Positions 9,761 to 20,872 are shown, numbered from the stretch's first letter. The stretch is DNA of 64,000 nt from Clostridia bacterium (GCA_017440805.1 JAFSGN010000016.1:130627-194626); one strand, 5' to 3'. The notes: generated by a model not told the origin, from the sequence alone. Numbers and translations are program-made.

Positions 9761-10278
9761 TGGAAAAGACCCGTAAAATTGTCAGAACGGCAATGTTCAC
9801 CGCCATGCTCATAGGTGCACAGTTTATACTCAGCAGTGTGTCGGGAATAGAAATTGTCACAGTTCTTTTTGTCTGCTTTTCGTATTCATACGGCATCCGT
9901 GAAGGAATCGCTGTTGCAGCATTATTTTCTCTGGTAAGGTGTCTTGTCTTTGGATTTTTTATCAATGTTTTTATCCTGTACATCATTTACTACAGTTTGC
10001 TGTCTCTTTTTTTCGGATGGCTGGGACACAGGCTTTCCCGCAACAACTCATTTAAAGAGGTTATGATTACAGTACCTTGTGCCGTTATATTCACCCTGCT
10101 TTTCACTTTACTCGATGACATTCTGACTCCCCTTATTTTCGGATTTACAAAAAATGCGGCAACAACCTATTTCTTTGCTTCTCTTTATACCGTTATACCC
10201 CAGATGGTTTGTACTGCGGTTACGGTTACGGTTTTTTTCAATCCCCTGACAAAAATATTTCTGAAAACATCAAACTAA
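9760..10278 (+). CDS. ECF-transporter S component (putative corrinoid-specific, CbrT-like)
   Basis: This 172-aa polytopic membrane protein starts at an ATG overlapping the upstream stop (TAATG). The tracked ORF 9676 start lies inside the previous gene. Specificity is inferred only from the riboswitch context. Confidence 0.55.
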   Translation: MEKTRKIVRTAMFTAMLIGAQFILSSVSGIEIVTVLFVCFSYSYGIREGIAVAALFSLVRCLVFGFFINVFILYIIYYSLLSLFFGWLGHRLSRNNSFKEVMITVPCAVIFTLLFTLLDDILTPLIFGFTKNAATTYFFASLYTVIPQMVCTAVTVTVFFNPLTKIFLKTSN

Positions 10279-10316
10279 AAAGGTGCAGCAAAACGGCTGC
10301 ACCTTTTGTTTTGATT
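10277..10316. terminator. bidirectional intrinsic terminator
   Basis: The stem AGGTGCAGC/GCTGCACCT is flanked by an A-run upstream and TTTTGTTTTG downstream. Confidence 0.75.
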
Positions 10317-10411
10317 ACAATGTGTAATTATTTCAGGTACCCAACAATACCTGTTCCGACAAAGCGGTAAATATCACTTTTTTCTTTTTGAGAATGTTTT
10401 GTACCGGTCGC

Positions 10412-11080
10412 TTAAAGTCTGTCTATGGGCAATACATAGAATAAAACGGCAAAGTAATGGAGCAAACTGCCTGCAATAACAAAAACATGCCATACAACAT
10501 GCATATACCTTTGTTTCAAAGAAAAGAAAATAACTCCCAAAGTATATGCTATTCCGCCTCCCACTACCATCCAGAAGCCTACATGGTCCATAAGTCTGTA
10601 TAGCGGTACTATGCCGATTAAAGCAGCCCAGCCGGATGCTATATATGCTATCATGGAAAAGGTTTTGAACCTTTCAAGTCCCACCGCATTCAGCACAATT
10701 CCAACCACTGCCGCACCCCAGACAATACCGAAAAGTACCCACCCTAAAGGGCCTCTCAGTACCACCAGCGTCATGGGTGTATATGTTCCCGCTATCAACA
10801 GAAAAATATTCGTATGGTCAAGAACACGGAAAACCTTTTTTGCCGTCACATGTGTCAGGGCATGATAGAGTGTGGAAGTGATGTAGGCAATTATAAGGGT
10901 TGCTCCGTAAATACAAGCCGACACAACACACCAGGCATCTCCGTAAAGGGCAGCAAAAATTATTGCCATAACGCAACCGGCTATTGAAAGTGCCGCACCT
11001 ATTCCGTGGGTAATTGAATTTCCTATTTCTTCGCCCAGTGTATATTTCGGAAGTTGTATCGGGATTTTTTTTGAAGACAT
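10412..11080 (-). CDS. hemolysin III / PAQR-family membrane protein
   Basis: It has 7 TM segments and the motifs EEIGNSITHGIG, LYHA, LDH..IFLLIAGTYTP and HVFV. Confidence 0.8.
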   Translation of the reverse strand: MSSKKIPIQLPKYTLGEEIGNSITHGIGAALSIAGCVMAIIFAALYGDAWCVVSACIYGATLIIAYITSTLYHALTHVTAKKVFRVLDHTNIFLLIAGTYTPMTLVVLRGPLGWVLFGIVWGAAVVGIVLNAVGLERFKTFSMIAYIASGWAALIGIVPLYRLMDHVGFWMVVGGGIAYTLGVIFFSLKQRYMHVVWHVFVIAGSLLHYFAVLFYVLPIDRL

Positions 11081-11240
11081 TTTATTTCTCGGCTTTCTCT
11101 TAATATTATCACAGATATTATACAGTATCGGAGCAGGAAAATCAATACAATTTTTTGAACTATTATGCGCTATTATGTAACAGCCGCAAATTAATACATA
11201 TATAAACTTTTTAAACTTTTTTATTTTTATTGAAATAATA

Positions 11241-11269
11241 TTGAATTTTTTCGCAAATTATGATATACT
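11241..11269 (+). promoter_or_regulatory. sigma-A-type promoter upstream of the DnaD-domain gene
   Basis: TTGAAT, a 17-nt spacer, then TATACT with an extended -10 TGa. Confidence 0.55.
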
Positions 11270-11322
11270 ATAATATCTATCATAACGATAATGGTTTTTT
11301 ATTATCAAAAGGAGTTACGGAT

Positions 11323-12264
11323 ATGCCCTATGTGCCCAAAAAAACTACGGACAGCACAATAGTTTTACCGCAGGATATACTCAAGCATCTTGCCGGTGCA
11401 GGCGAAAACGACCTGAAAGTTTTAATCCGTATATACTCCGATTTTTCTGAAACAGAATTTGACGAATCGGACACTGCTTCACTTGCGGAGAGTCTTTCTC
11501 TGGAACCCGGGCAGGTAAGTTCCGCCATCGCCTTCTGGCGTGGCGCGGGAATTATTAAAATTGCCGGAAAAGATACAAAAAAGAAAAAACAGCCTATTCC
11601 CGAAAAAATTCCCGTTTCACCCGCATCTTCCCCTGTTTATCCCGCCTCACAGGTAGCACAGGCAATCGAGTGCGTTCCCGGTATGAAAAACCTTGTGGAA
11701 TTTTGTCAGAGACGAACGGGGAAACTTTTCAATCCCTCTCAACTCTCCACATTGTATTCTTTTTATGACAATCTGGGATTTGAACCCGAAATTATAATGC
11801 TGGCGGTGGAATACTGTTGCGTTATTGAAAAAAAATCCCTGGGTTACATAGAAAAAGTGCTAATTTCTCTCAGTGACAGCGGTATATCGGGTTATGAAAA
11901 TGCAGAAGAATATTTTAAAAATCAACTTGAGTACCGTACAAAAGAAGGAAAACTACGCAAATTATGCGGTTTTACATCCAGAGAACTGTCACCGTCGGAA
12001 AAGAAGATAATCGGCGTGTGGTTTAAAGAATGGAATATAGATTTTTCACTTATAGAAAAGGCATACGAAATTACGGTTGACCGTATTTCAAAGCCATCTC
12101 TCAAATATATGAACAGCATTCTGAACGACTGGCATCAGAAAGATATAAAGCAACTTTCAGATTTGGAACAGCAAAAGCCGCCGCAGTCAGACGGGCTTAT
12201 TGAAAAAAGCCATTGTGCCGAAGATTTTTTCAAAGCGGCAATTGCAAAAAGTATGGGTGAGTAA
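11323..12264 (+). CDS. DnaD-domain replication/primosome protein
   Basis: The C-terminal repeats (PSQLSTLYSFYDNLGFEPEIIMLAVEYC... and ...IEKAYEITVDRISKPSLKYMNSILNDW) are DnaD/DnaB_2-domain like. ATG 11323 follows AAAGGAG. Confidence 0.7.
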   Translation: MPYVPKKTTDSTIVLPQDILKHLAGAGENDLKVLIRIYSDFSETEFDESDTASLAESLSLEPGQVSSAIAFWRGAGIIKIAGKDTKKKKQPIPEKIPVSPASSPVYPASQVAQAIECVPGMKNLVEFCQRRTGKLFNPSQLSTLYSFYDNLGFEPEIIMLAVEYCCVIEKKSLGYIEKVLISLSDSGISGYENAEEYFKNQLEYRTKEGKLRKLCGFTSRELSPSEKKIIGVWFKEWNIDFSLIEKAYEITVDRISKPSLKYMNSILNDWHQKDIKQLSDLEQQKPPQSDGLIEKSHCAEDFFKAAIAKSMGE

Positions 12265-12327
12265 TTTATCGGATAAAAATAACATCTGATATATGAAATA
12301 TATTTTGAAAGGATTTCAACCAGCAAA

Positions 12328-12918
12328 ATGAATATTGTACTTGCGTCAAAATCCAAAAGGCGTCAGAAAATACTGCAGAACCTCGGTATTAATTTTAAAA
12401 GTTTTTCGGTTGACACTGATGAAAAAAATGTTCCCAGTCTGCCTCCCGACGAACTGGTGACAGGACTTGCAGTAAGAAAACTCAACGCTGTGTCGGAACA
12501 AAAAAACTATGACGACCAAACCCTTGTTATATGTGCCGATACAATCGTTTATTATGACGGTCTGATTATGGGTAAGCCCGAAAGTGCGGCTGATGCGTTT
12601 AATACTCTTACAATGCTTTCGGGAAACTGGCATGAGGTATATACCGGTGTTGCTTTACGCATTGGCGATAAGTTATCGGTAGATTACGAGGTCACACGGG
12701 TTAAATTTCGTGAACTCTCAATTGACGAAATAGAAAAATATGTAGATTCCGGTGAGCCTATGGACAAGGCAGGTGCTTACGGCATACAGGATACCGCAGG
12801 TATTTTTGTCGAGGCAATTGAAGGCGACTTCTTCAATGTAGTGGGACTTCCCGTATGTAAAATGGGACAAATGATTAAAAACGACTTCGGTCTGAATATA
12901 ATTGATTTAATAAAATAA
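12328..12918 (+). CDS. maf: Maf-family nucleoside-triphosphate pyrophosphatase
   Basis: LASKSKRRQKIL, CADTIV and DKAGAYGIQD motifs are present. Confidence 0.9.
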   Translation: MNIVLASKSKRRQKILQNLGINFKSFSVDTDEKNVPSLPPDELVTGLAVRKLNAVSEQKNYDDQTLVICADTIVYYDGLIMGKPESAADAFNTLTMLSGNWHEVYTGVALRIGDKLSVDYEVTRVKFRELSIDEIEKYVDSGEPMDKAGAYGIQDTAGIFVEAIEGDFFNVVGLPVCKMGQMIKNDFGLNIIDLIK

Positions 12919-14409
<1,491 letters not shown>

Positions 14410-14420
14410 AATTCACATGA

Positions 14421-14461
14421 AAATACAGGGAGAACTTTAAAAAGTTCTCCCTGTATTTTTT
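14421..14461. terminator. bidirectional terminator between guaB and polA
   Basis: The stem ATACAGGGAGAACTT/AAGTTCTCCCTGTAT has an A-run before it and a T-run after it. Confidence 0.85.
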
Positions 14462-14495
14462 ATGCCGTACACAACAGTCTTCTGACCGTTATGTT

Positions 14496-17084
14496 TTAAT
14501 GTGCATCAAACCAGTTTTCTCCTATACCCACATCGCATTCCAGTGTAACATTTTGCAGATGTACCGCGTTTTCCATTTCTTCACGCAAAAGTTTTGCGGC
14601 ATATTCCACCTCTTCCCTGGGGGATTCCAGAATCAGTTCATCGTGAACCTGCATAATAAGCCGTGATTTCAACCCTTCTTTTTCAAGCCGTTTATCCGTA
14701 TTTACCATGGCAAGTTTTATAATATCTGCAGAACTTCCCTGAATGGGAGTGTTCATTGCAACCCGTTCGCCAAACGCCTGTACCATTTTTTTGGAAGAGG
14801 CAAGTTCGGGAATTTGTCTTCTGCGGTTGAATATTGTAGTGACAAATCCGTCTTCATGAGCCTTTTTCTTAATATTATCCAGATATTCTTTAACCTTCGG
14901 ATAAGTCTTGAAATATCCTTTTATATAATCCGATGCCTCGTATTTGGGTATTCCCAAATCTATGGAAAGAGAGTAGTCACTTATTCCGTATACAATTCCG
15001 AAATTTACCGCTTTTGCACTTTTTCTCATTTCGGGTGTTACATTTTCTATATCAACACCGAACACCTGAGAAGCAGTAATTATATGCACATCCTCACCGT
15101 CACGGAAAGCATTTATAAGACGCGTATCATCTGAAATGTGTGCCAACAACCGCAGTTCAATCTGCGAATAGTCGGCATCTATGAGAAGATAGTCGCTGTT
15201 TTCGGCAATAAAATATTTGCGGAGTTCCCTGCCGAGTTCAGTCCGTATTGGTATATTCTGCAAATTCGGTTCTGAGGAAGAAAGCCGTCCCGTAGCAGTA
15301 AGTGTCTGATTGAATTTTGTGTGTATTCTGCCATCGGTATCTACAACTTTCAGAAGTCCCTCTACATAAGTTCCGTGAAGTTTTGTAAGTTGGCGGTACC
15401 ACAATATCTGATTTATTATGGGGTGTCTGTTTGAAAGCCGGTCAAGTGTTTCCGCGTCTGTGGAGTAACCGGTTTTATTTTTCTTCAATACAGGCAACTG
15501 CAACTTTTCAAACAACACAACTCCCAGTTGCTTGGGGGAATTTATATTAAATGGACCGGCATAGGAATATATCTGCTGTTCCGCCATGTATATCTCATTT
15601 TTTAACTTTTCGCCGTACTGCTTTATTCCGTTCTGCTCAACTTTAAAACCATATATTTCAGCCTTTGCCAGAACTTTTGCAAGGGGCAGTTCTATATTTT
15701 TATATAATTCCACGCAGTCACACTGTTCTATTCTCTCATAAAGCACATTATACAGTTGCGGAAGATACCCACAGTTATACGCGGCACTTTCCGACTCCCT
15801 ACTGCCTATTGTTTTGCCTGTATATTGAATTATAAGTTTTGAAATATCTGTGGCAGACTGTGCAGAATTAATTATATATGCCGCAAGATGTGCGTCAAAA
15901 ACAACATTTTTTACTTTTTTGAGAATGTCGTTCCCGAACACAGATGCACAAAAATGACAATAGTCCTTATAGTCGTACAATACTATTTTTATTTTTTGGT
16001 CGGTTATAATTTTTTCTGTGTTTTCTTTCACACGATAAACCTTACCGTCTATATAAAAATAGAGGAAGTTTTCACCATTATTATAGGAAAGAAAGACTGT
16101 ATCACCGCATATTTCAAAAAATTCTTCGCAGGATATATCAACAATCTCCACGGTTTCCTGAATGTTTTCCTGAGAAAAGTCCATACTCATCTGTCCGTTG
16201 TCGGAAGGTGCGGAGGCAGAGGAATCAAGTTGAAACATTTTAAGGAATTTTGTAAATTCAAGTTCTATCAGCAGTTCCCTGAGGGTTTCAGAGTCTGCAT
16301 CTTTTGCATCAATCTGTGAAAGCACGGGTAGGTTGGGAGTCTCAAGGCATATAGTGGCGAGAGTTTTGCTGAGTTTCGCCGTTTCCTTGTTTATTTCAAG
16401 TTTTTCCTTCAGTTTGGCTTTGATTTCTCCGTTTTCAAGAGAGGCATATACATTTTCTATAGTACCGTACCTGCCTATCAGGTCCTTGGCGGTTTTCTCC
16501 CCTACTCCCGCAACCCCCGGGATATTATCCGAACTGTCTCCCATAAGTGCCTTGAAATCTATAAGATTTACAGGCTCGAAACCATAAGTTTCACGGAAAA
16601 AGTCAACATCAAAAACAATATCTTTTCCTGTTGAAACAAGAATTACATTACAGTTTTGACTTATCAGTTGCAACGCGTCCCTGTCACCTGTCACAATTGT
16701 GCAAAACACATTATTTCCCGCACATATACGGGAATATGTGCCCAGAATATCATCTGCCTCATAACCTTCCTGAGTAATGCACTGTATACCCATTGCCTCG
16801 GTTACACGGCGGATGTACGGAATCTGCATGGCAAGCTCCTCGGGCATTGGTTTTCTTTTGCCTTTATATTCCCCGTACATTTTGTGTCGGAAAGTGGGAG
16901 CCTTAAGGTCAAACGCCACACCGACATAATCGGGATTAATGGCATCAATATGTTTTTTCAGAATACTGATGTATCCGTAAACTGCATTGGTAAAAAGTCC
17001 GTTTTTGGTTTTCAACGGTCTGACACCGTAGAATGCACGATTCATTATGCTGTTTCCGTCTACAAATAATGCCTGTTTTGTCAT
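14496..17084 (-). CDS. polA: DNA polymerase I
   Basis: An N-terminal 5'-nuclease domain (LFVDGNS, GDRD, SDNIPGVAGVGEKTA) is present. The polymerase motifs are A (LIDADYSQIELR), B (RKSAKAVNFGIVYG) and C (QVHDEL). Confidence 0.95.
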   Translation of the reverse strand: MTKQALFVDGNSIMNRAFYGVRPLKTKNGLFTNAVYGYISILKKHIDAINPDYVGVAFDLKAPTFRHKMYGEYKGKRKPMPEELAMQIPYIRRVTEAMGIQCITQEGYEADDILGTYSRICAGNNVFCTIVTGDRDALQLISQNCNVILVSTGKDIVFDVDFFRETYGFEPVNLIDFKALMGDSSDNIPGVAGVGEKTAKDLIGRYGTIENVYASLENGEIKAKLKEKLEINKETAKLSKTLATICLETPNLPVLSQIDAKDADSETLRELLIELEFTKFLKMFQLDSSASAPSDNGQMSMDFSQENIQETVEIVDISCEEFFEICGDTVFLSYNNGENFLYFYIDGKVYRVKENTEKIITDQKIKIVLYDYKDYCHFCASVFGNDILKKVKNVVFDAHLAAYIINSAQSATDISKLIIQYTGKTIGSRESESAAYNCGYLPQLYNVLYERIEQCDCVELYKNIELPLAKVLAKAEIYGFKVEQNGIKQYGEKLKNEIYMAEQQIYSYAGPFNINSPKQLGVVLFEKLQLPVLKKNKTGYSTDAETLDRLSNRHPIINQILWYRQLTKLHGTYVEGLLKVVDTDGRIHTKFNQTLTATGRLSSSEPNLQNIPIRTELGRELRKYFIAENSDYLLIDADYSQIELRLLAHISDDTRLINAFRDGEDVHIITASQVFGVDIENVTPEMRKSAKAVNFGIVYGISDYSLSIDLGIPKYEASDYIKGYFKTYPKVKEYLDNIKKKAHEDGFVTTIFNRRRQIPELASSKKMVQAFGERVAMNTPIQGSSADIIKLAMVNTDKRLEKEGLKSRLIMQVHDELILESPREEVEYAAKLLREEMENAVHLQNVTLECDVGIGENWFDAH

Positions 17085-17113
17085 ATTAATTCTTTCCTTT
17101 CGGGGAATTCTGA

Positions 17114-17773
17114 TTACTGATTATTTTGATTTACAAGCGGGCAACTGTCGCATTTTGCTCCTCTTGCAGAGCAGTATTCTCTGCCGAAGTCCACTACTCT
17201 GTGGCAGAAATCGCTTTGTTTCTCCGGGGGAATGAGGCGGGACAATTCTCTTTCTGTGGTCAGAGGGTCGGGCTTGGTTGTAAGTCCCCAGCGGTGAGAA
17301 ATTCTTATACAATGGGTATCGGCAACTATGCCGCCTATTCCGAACACATCTCCTCGTATGAGGTTTGCAATTTTTCGTCCTACACCCGGAAGTTCAAGCA
17401 AAAGTTCCATATCACATGGCACGGCGGAATTATACTTTTCATATATTATTTTAGACATATCTTTTATATTTTTTGCTTTCATACGGTACACTCCGCATGA
17501 CCTGACAAGGTTTTCTATTTCTTCAACAGGCGCCTCGCTCATGGATTTTGCATCTGGGAACTTTGAAAAAAGTTCTGCGGAAACAGTGTTTACACGCTTA
17601 TCCGTACACTGTGCGGAAAGCCTTGCCATAACAAGCAGTCTGAAAGGGTCATTCTCAAAATGAAGACCGCAGGCAGTATCCGGGTATATTTTTTCAAGAC
17701 TGTCAATTATATATTCCGCTCTCTTTTTCTTTTGCGGGTATATCTTTTTTAAGGGGCAGGTAAATTTATCCAT
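17114..17773 (-). CDS. nth: endonuclease III
   Basis: It has an HhH-GPD motif (LPGVGRKIANLI) and a C-terminal Cys cluster (CSARGAKCDSCPL). It lies immediately upstream of polA on the same strand. Confidence 0.88.
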   Translation of the reverse strand: MDKFTCPLKKIYPQKKKRAEYIIDSLEKIYPDTACGLHFENDPFRLLVMARLSAQCTDKRVNTVSAELFSKFPDAKSMSEAPVEEIENLVRSCGVYRMKAKNIKDMSKIIYEKYNSAVPCDMELLLELPGVGRKIANLIRGDVFGIGGIVADTHCIRISHRWGLTTKPDPLTTERELSRLIPPEKQSDFCHRVVDFGREYCSARGAKCDSCPLVNQNNQ

Positions 17774-17932
17774 TTATACAGCACTTTCATTTAAATTAAA
17801 TTTCAGATTAATTATACAAAAAAAATAAAAAAAAATCAACCTTAAATAATCAGTATTTAAAGTTATTTTAAACACTATTGACTTTTTGACACGACAGATG
17901 TTATAATTTGTGTATAAAACATTTGGGGTGAT

Positions 17933-18712
17933 TTGTTGAATAAAATAAAGGATTTTTTCAAATCGGAACATATAGAATTTTATGCGTTTCTTCCCATAGA
18001 GGCAGTAAAAATAATAAATCCGAAAAAAACAGAAGAAATAAAGAATATGAAAAGTCTTGCTGTTTTTCTTATTCCGTATAAAACACAACTTCCCGAAAGA
18101 AGAAATGTGGCAAGATTTTGTGTGCCTTATGACTATCATCTTTACGCACAAGAACTTTTTGTGCGGTTTGAATCTGTATACAGCGGATGTAAGGGATATT
18201 GCGACAACTCTCCAATATCCGAAAAAGTTCTTGCCGCATCGGCAGGATTGGGAATTATAGGCGACAACAGCCTTCTGATTAATTCAAAATACGGCTCTTA
18301 TATTTTTATAGCAGAAATATTTTTTCCTTTTGAGTTATCCGAATATTCCCCCGTCGGCGAAATTCTTCACTGCAATTCCTGCGGTAAATGCAAAAACAAC
18401 TGTCCCTGCGGATTTGAATTTTCAAAATGTATATCTTTTGTAAATCAGACAAAAAAACTGACCGACGGAATGGAGAATATAATAAAATCGTCCCCTTATG
18501 TCTGGGGATGTGATTTATGCCAGGATGTCTGTCCGTTAAATAAAACTGCCTCTGATACACCTGTTGAATTTTTTAAATCTAATCTCCTGCCTGATGTTAC
18601 ACTTACGGAAATTGACCGTATGATAAACGACGGAAGTTTCAAGAACCGTGCTTATGCCTGGCGGGGAGAAAAAATTATAAAAAGAAATCTGATGCTTAAA
18701 GAAGGTAAATAA
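17933..18712 (+). CDS. QueG-like epoxyqueuosine reductase family 4Fe-4S protein (short form)
   Basis: DYH, AGLGIIGDNSLLINSKYGSYIFIAEIF, CNSCGKCKNNCP and WGCDLCQDVCPLN are collinear with QueG. The protein is shorter than canonical QueG. It has a TTG start. Confidence 0.6.
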   Translation: MLNKIKDFFKSEHIEFYAFLPIEAVKIINPKKTEEIKNMKSLAVFLIPYKTQLPERRNVARFCVPYDYHLYAQELFVRFESVYSGCKGYCDNSPISEKVLAASAGLGIIGDNSLLINSKYGSYIFIAEIFFPFELSEYSPVGEILHCNSCGKCKNNCPCGFEFSKCISFVNQTKKLTDGMENIIKSSPYVWGCDLCQDVCPLNKTASDTPVEFFKSNLLPDVTLTEIDRMINDGSFKNRAYAWRGEKIIKRNLMLKEGK

Positions 18713-18888
18713 AAACAAAAATTGACAGATATTTAATAAATTGTTAGAATACTTTTTATTGTTTTTGTACAATCTTTTATTAACTAAAACATTTAAATAA
18801 AGATAAAAAATTCATTATAAAATCGGCACGATTTGTTAAAAAATAAAATGTATCATATAGTTACCCGATATACATAGGAGGTTCTTAT

Positions 18889-20145
18889 ATGAATAACAAT
18901 TCTTTTGAAAAATATGAAAACAAATGGAACTATAATGATACATTGACCGTTCCCTCTCCCGAAACAAAGACCAAAAATAAAAAGAGCCATAAAATTTGGG
19001 GAAGGATAGTTACCGTCATGTTGGTTGCAGCACTGTCGGTTACCTCTACCATACTTGTTATGGAAAGACTTGATAAATCCGAGTCATCTCCGCCGATTCT
19101 TGAAATTCCCGTTAACGACTATTCCGTGCTTTCAAGCATCGCCACCGACAAAATAGCCATTGATCCGTCACAGACATCGTCAAACGCACTCACAAATCAG
19201 CAGATAATTGAAAAAGGCAAACCCAGTGTTGTCGGAATCATTGTAGAAAGTGAAATTTATACATTCGGAAGAACCTTCACACAGCAAAGTGTCGGTTCGG
19301 GATTTATCGTAACCGCTGACGGCTATATAATAACAAATGCTCATGTTGTAGAAGATGCAACAAATATTACCGTTATAATGTATGACGAAAAAGAATACAA
19401 GGCAGAACTTATAGGCGAAGACACTTTAAGCGATGTTGCCGTTCTGAAAATAGAAGGAACCGATTTCCCCGCTGTTGAACTTGGAAACTCTGACCAACTG
19501 GTTCAGGGCGACCCTGTTATTGCTATAGGAACTCCCGCAGGTATAGAATTTGCAGGTACTGCAACACACGGAATGATTTCGGCTATCAACCGTGATGTAA
19601 AAATCACCGACTATTACGGAAATACAACCAAAACCATGACCGTAATACAGATAGATGCCCCCATCAATTCAGGAAACTCCGGCGGTCCTTTGTTTGACCG
19701 TTTCGGAAGAGTTATCGGCATGAACTCTCTTAAACTTGGTAACGGATTTGAGGGTATGGGATTCTCCCTTCCTATTAACGGAGTTATATCAATCGCAAAC
19801 GAACTTATGGAAAACGGTGAAATAATTGAGCGTCCCAAGGACGATTTCGTAACCGGTAAGGCATATCTGGGAATTGAGTTTTACGAGGTAACCGAAGCAC
19901 AGGCAAAATATTACGGCATACCCGAAGGTGTTCTTGTATATCAACTTACTCCCGGAGGAGCAGCACTTAAAGCAGGCATAAAACGAGGAGACATTATTAT
20001 AAACTTCAACAACAACGAAATTAAGGATTCCACCGACCTCACACAGGCGATTTCCGATGTCAAACCCGGAGATAAAGTCATTGTAAAAGTTGACAGAAGC
20101 GGTGAGAAGATTGATATTGAAGTAACCATGGGATATCAGTCATAA
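18889..20145 (+). CDS. HtrA/DegP-family membrane-anchored serine protease with PDZ domain
   Basis: It has an N-terminal TM anchor and the catalytic triad motifs TNAHVV, DVAVLKI and NSGNSGGPLF. A C-terminal PDZ domain carries GDIII..NN..I. Confidence 0.88.
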   Translation: MNNNSFEKYENKWNYNDTLTVPSPETKTKNKKSHKIWGRIVTVMLVAALSVTSTILVMERLDKSESSPPILEIPVNDYSVLSSIATDKIAIDPSQTSSNALTNQQIIEKGKPSVVGIIVESEIYTFGRTFTQQSVGSGFIVTADGYIITNAHVVEDATNITVIMYDEKEYKAELIGEDTLSDVAVLKIEGTDFPAVELGNSDQLVQGDPVIAIGTPAGIEFAGTATHGMISAINRDVKITDYYGNTTKTMTVIQIDAPINSGNSGGPLFDRFGRVIGMNSLKLGNGFEGMGFSLPINGVISIANELMENGEIIERPKDDFVTGKAYLGIEFYEVTEAQAKYYGIPEGVLVYQLTPGGAALKAGIKRGDIIINFNNNEIKDSTDLTQAISDVKPGDKVIVKVDRSGEKIDIEVTMGYQS

Positions 20146-20188
20146 TTACTGCACTGTAATTACTTTAAATTGAATACTGATTTATTCT

Positions 20189-20229
20189 GGCGCTGCTTCC
20201 TTTTAACTCCGGAAGCAGCGCCGTTTTTT
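20189..20229 (+). terminator. intrinsic terminator after htrA-like gene
   Basis: A 12-bp stem GGCGCTGCTTCC/GGAAGCAGCGCC is followed by GTTTTTT. Confidence 0.85.
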
Positions 20230-20263
20230 CAGGCGGATTATGATAAGTTATAATTAAAATTTT

Positions 20264-20300
20264 TGCATAAAAAAATATCAAGTCTTTCGACTTGATATTT
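20264..20300 (-). terminator. intrinsic terminator closing the tRNA cluster
   Basis: The stem AAATATCAAGTC/GACTTGATATTT is followed by a T-run on the minus strand. Confidence 0.8.
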
Positions 20301-20302
20301 TA

Positions 20303-20374
20303 TGACCCGTAGGAGAATCGAACTCCTGATACCGCCGTGAAAGGGCGGTGTCTTAACCGCTTGACCAACGGGCC
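20303..20374 (-). tRNA. tRNA-Glu (anticodon TTC)
   Basis: The reverse complement GGCCCGTTGGTCAAGCGGTTAAGACACCGCCCTTTCACGGCGGT...GGTTCGATTCTCC folds as a cloverleaf. The anticodon loop is CTTTCAC. Confidence 0.9.
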
Positions 20375-20381
20375 GGATAAG

Positions 20382-20455
20382 TAGCGGAAGTGGGATTTGA
20401 ACCTACGACCTATCGGGTATGAACCGAGTGCTCTAGCCAGCTGAGCTATTCCGCC
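20382..20455 (-). tRNA. tRNA-Met, elongator type (anticodon CAT)
   Basis: The reverse complement is GGCGGAATAGCTCAGCTGGCTAGAGCACTCGGTTCATACCCGA...GGTTCAAATCC. The loop TTCATAC resembles elongator Met rather than initiator or Ile2. Confidence 0.8.
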
Positions 20456-20537
20456 ATTTAATATTGAAGCGGTTCCCGGTAAGTTGCAACCACTGCCTGA
20501 ACCGTTGCTGATGACAACTGCAACCTAATGCTCAAGT

Positions 20538-20566
20538 ATTATATCACAAAAATCGCAAATTGTCAA
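20538..20566 (-). promoter_or_regulatory. consensus sigma-A promoter internal to the tRNA cluster
   Basis: On the minus strand TTGACA (20566-20561), a 17-nt spacer, then TATAAT (20543-20538), all exact. It lies about 80 nt upstream of tRNA-Met. Confidence 0.75.
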
Positions 20567-20595
20567 GAGTTTTATGAAAAAATAATTTTCAAAAG

Positions 20596-20670
20596 GGTGG
20601 ATAATCGGATTCGAACCGACGGCCTTCAGGGCCACAACCTGACGCTCTAACCAACTGAGCTATATCCACC
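20596..20670 (-). tRNA. tRNA-His (anticodon GTG)
   Basis: The reverse complement is GGTGGATATAGCTCAGTTGGTTAGAGCGTCAGGTTGTGGCCCTGA...GGTTCGAATCC. It includes the extra 5' G typical of tRNA-His. Confidence 0.9.
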
Positions 20671-20675
20671 ATATC

Positions 20676-20749
20676 CGTGCCAGGAGAGACTCGAACTCCC
20701 GACCTACTGCTTAGAAGGCAGTTGCTCTATCCGGCTGAGCTACTGGCAC
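20676..20749 (-). tRNA. tRNA-Arg (anticodon TCT)
   Basis: The reverse complement is GTGCCAGTAGCTCAGCCGGATAGAGCAACTGCCTTCTAAGCAGT...GGTTCGAGTCTC. Confidence 0.9.
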
Positions 20750-20771
20750 ATAGGGTTATCAAAAAAATTAA

Positions 20772-20842
20772 AGCGGGTGATGGGAATCGAACCCACGCAT
20801 TCAGCTTGGAAGGCTGACATTCTACCATTGAATAACACCCGC
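20772..20842 (-). tRNA. tRNA-Gly (anticodon TCC)
   Basis: The reverse complement is GCGGGTGTTATTCAATGGTAGAATGTCAGCCTTCCAAGCTGA...GGTTCGATTCCC. Confidence 0.9.
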
Positions 20843-20872
20843 ATAATGTTGTTCTTTTTTAACCGCCTAAAT

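Noticed and set aside
17774-18151. A 125-aa minus-strand ORF spanning the nth/queG-like divergent region.
   Set aside because: It runs through AT-rich promoter DNA and overlaps the 5' end of the motif-supported plus-strand gene. Its translation is Phe/Ile/Lys/Tyr-rich low complexity.
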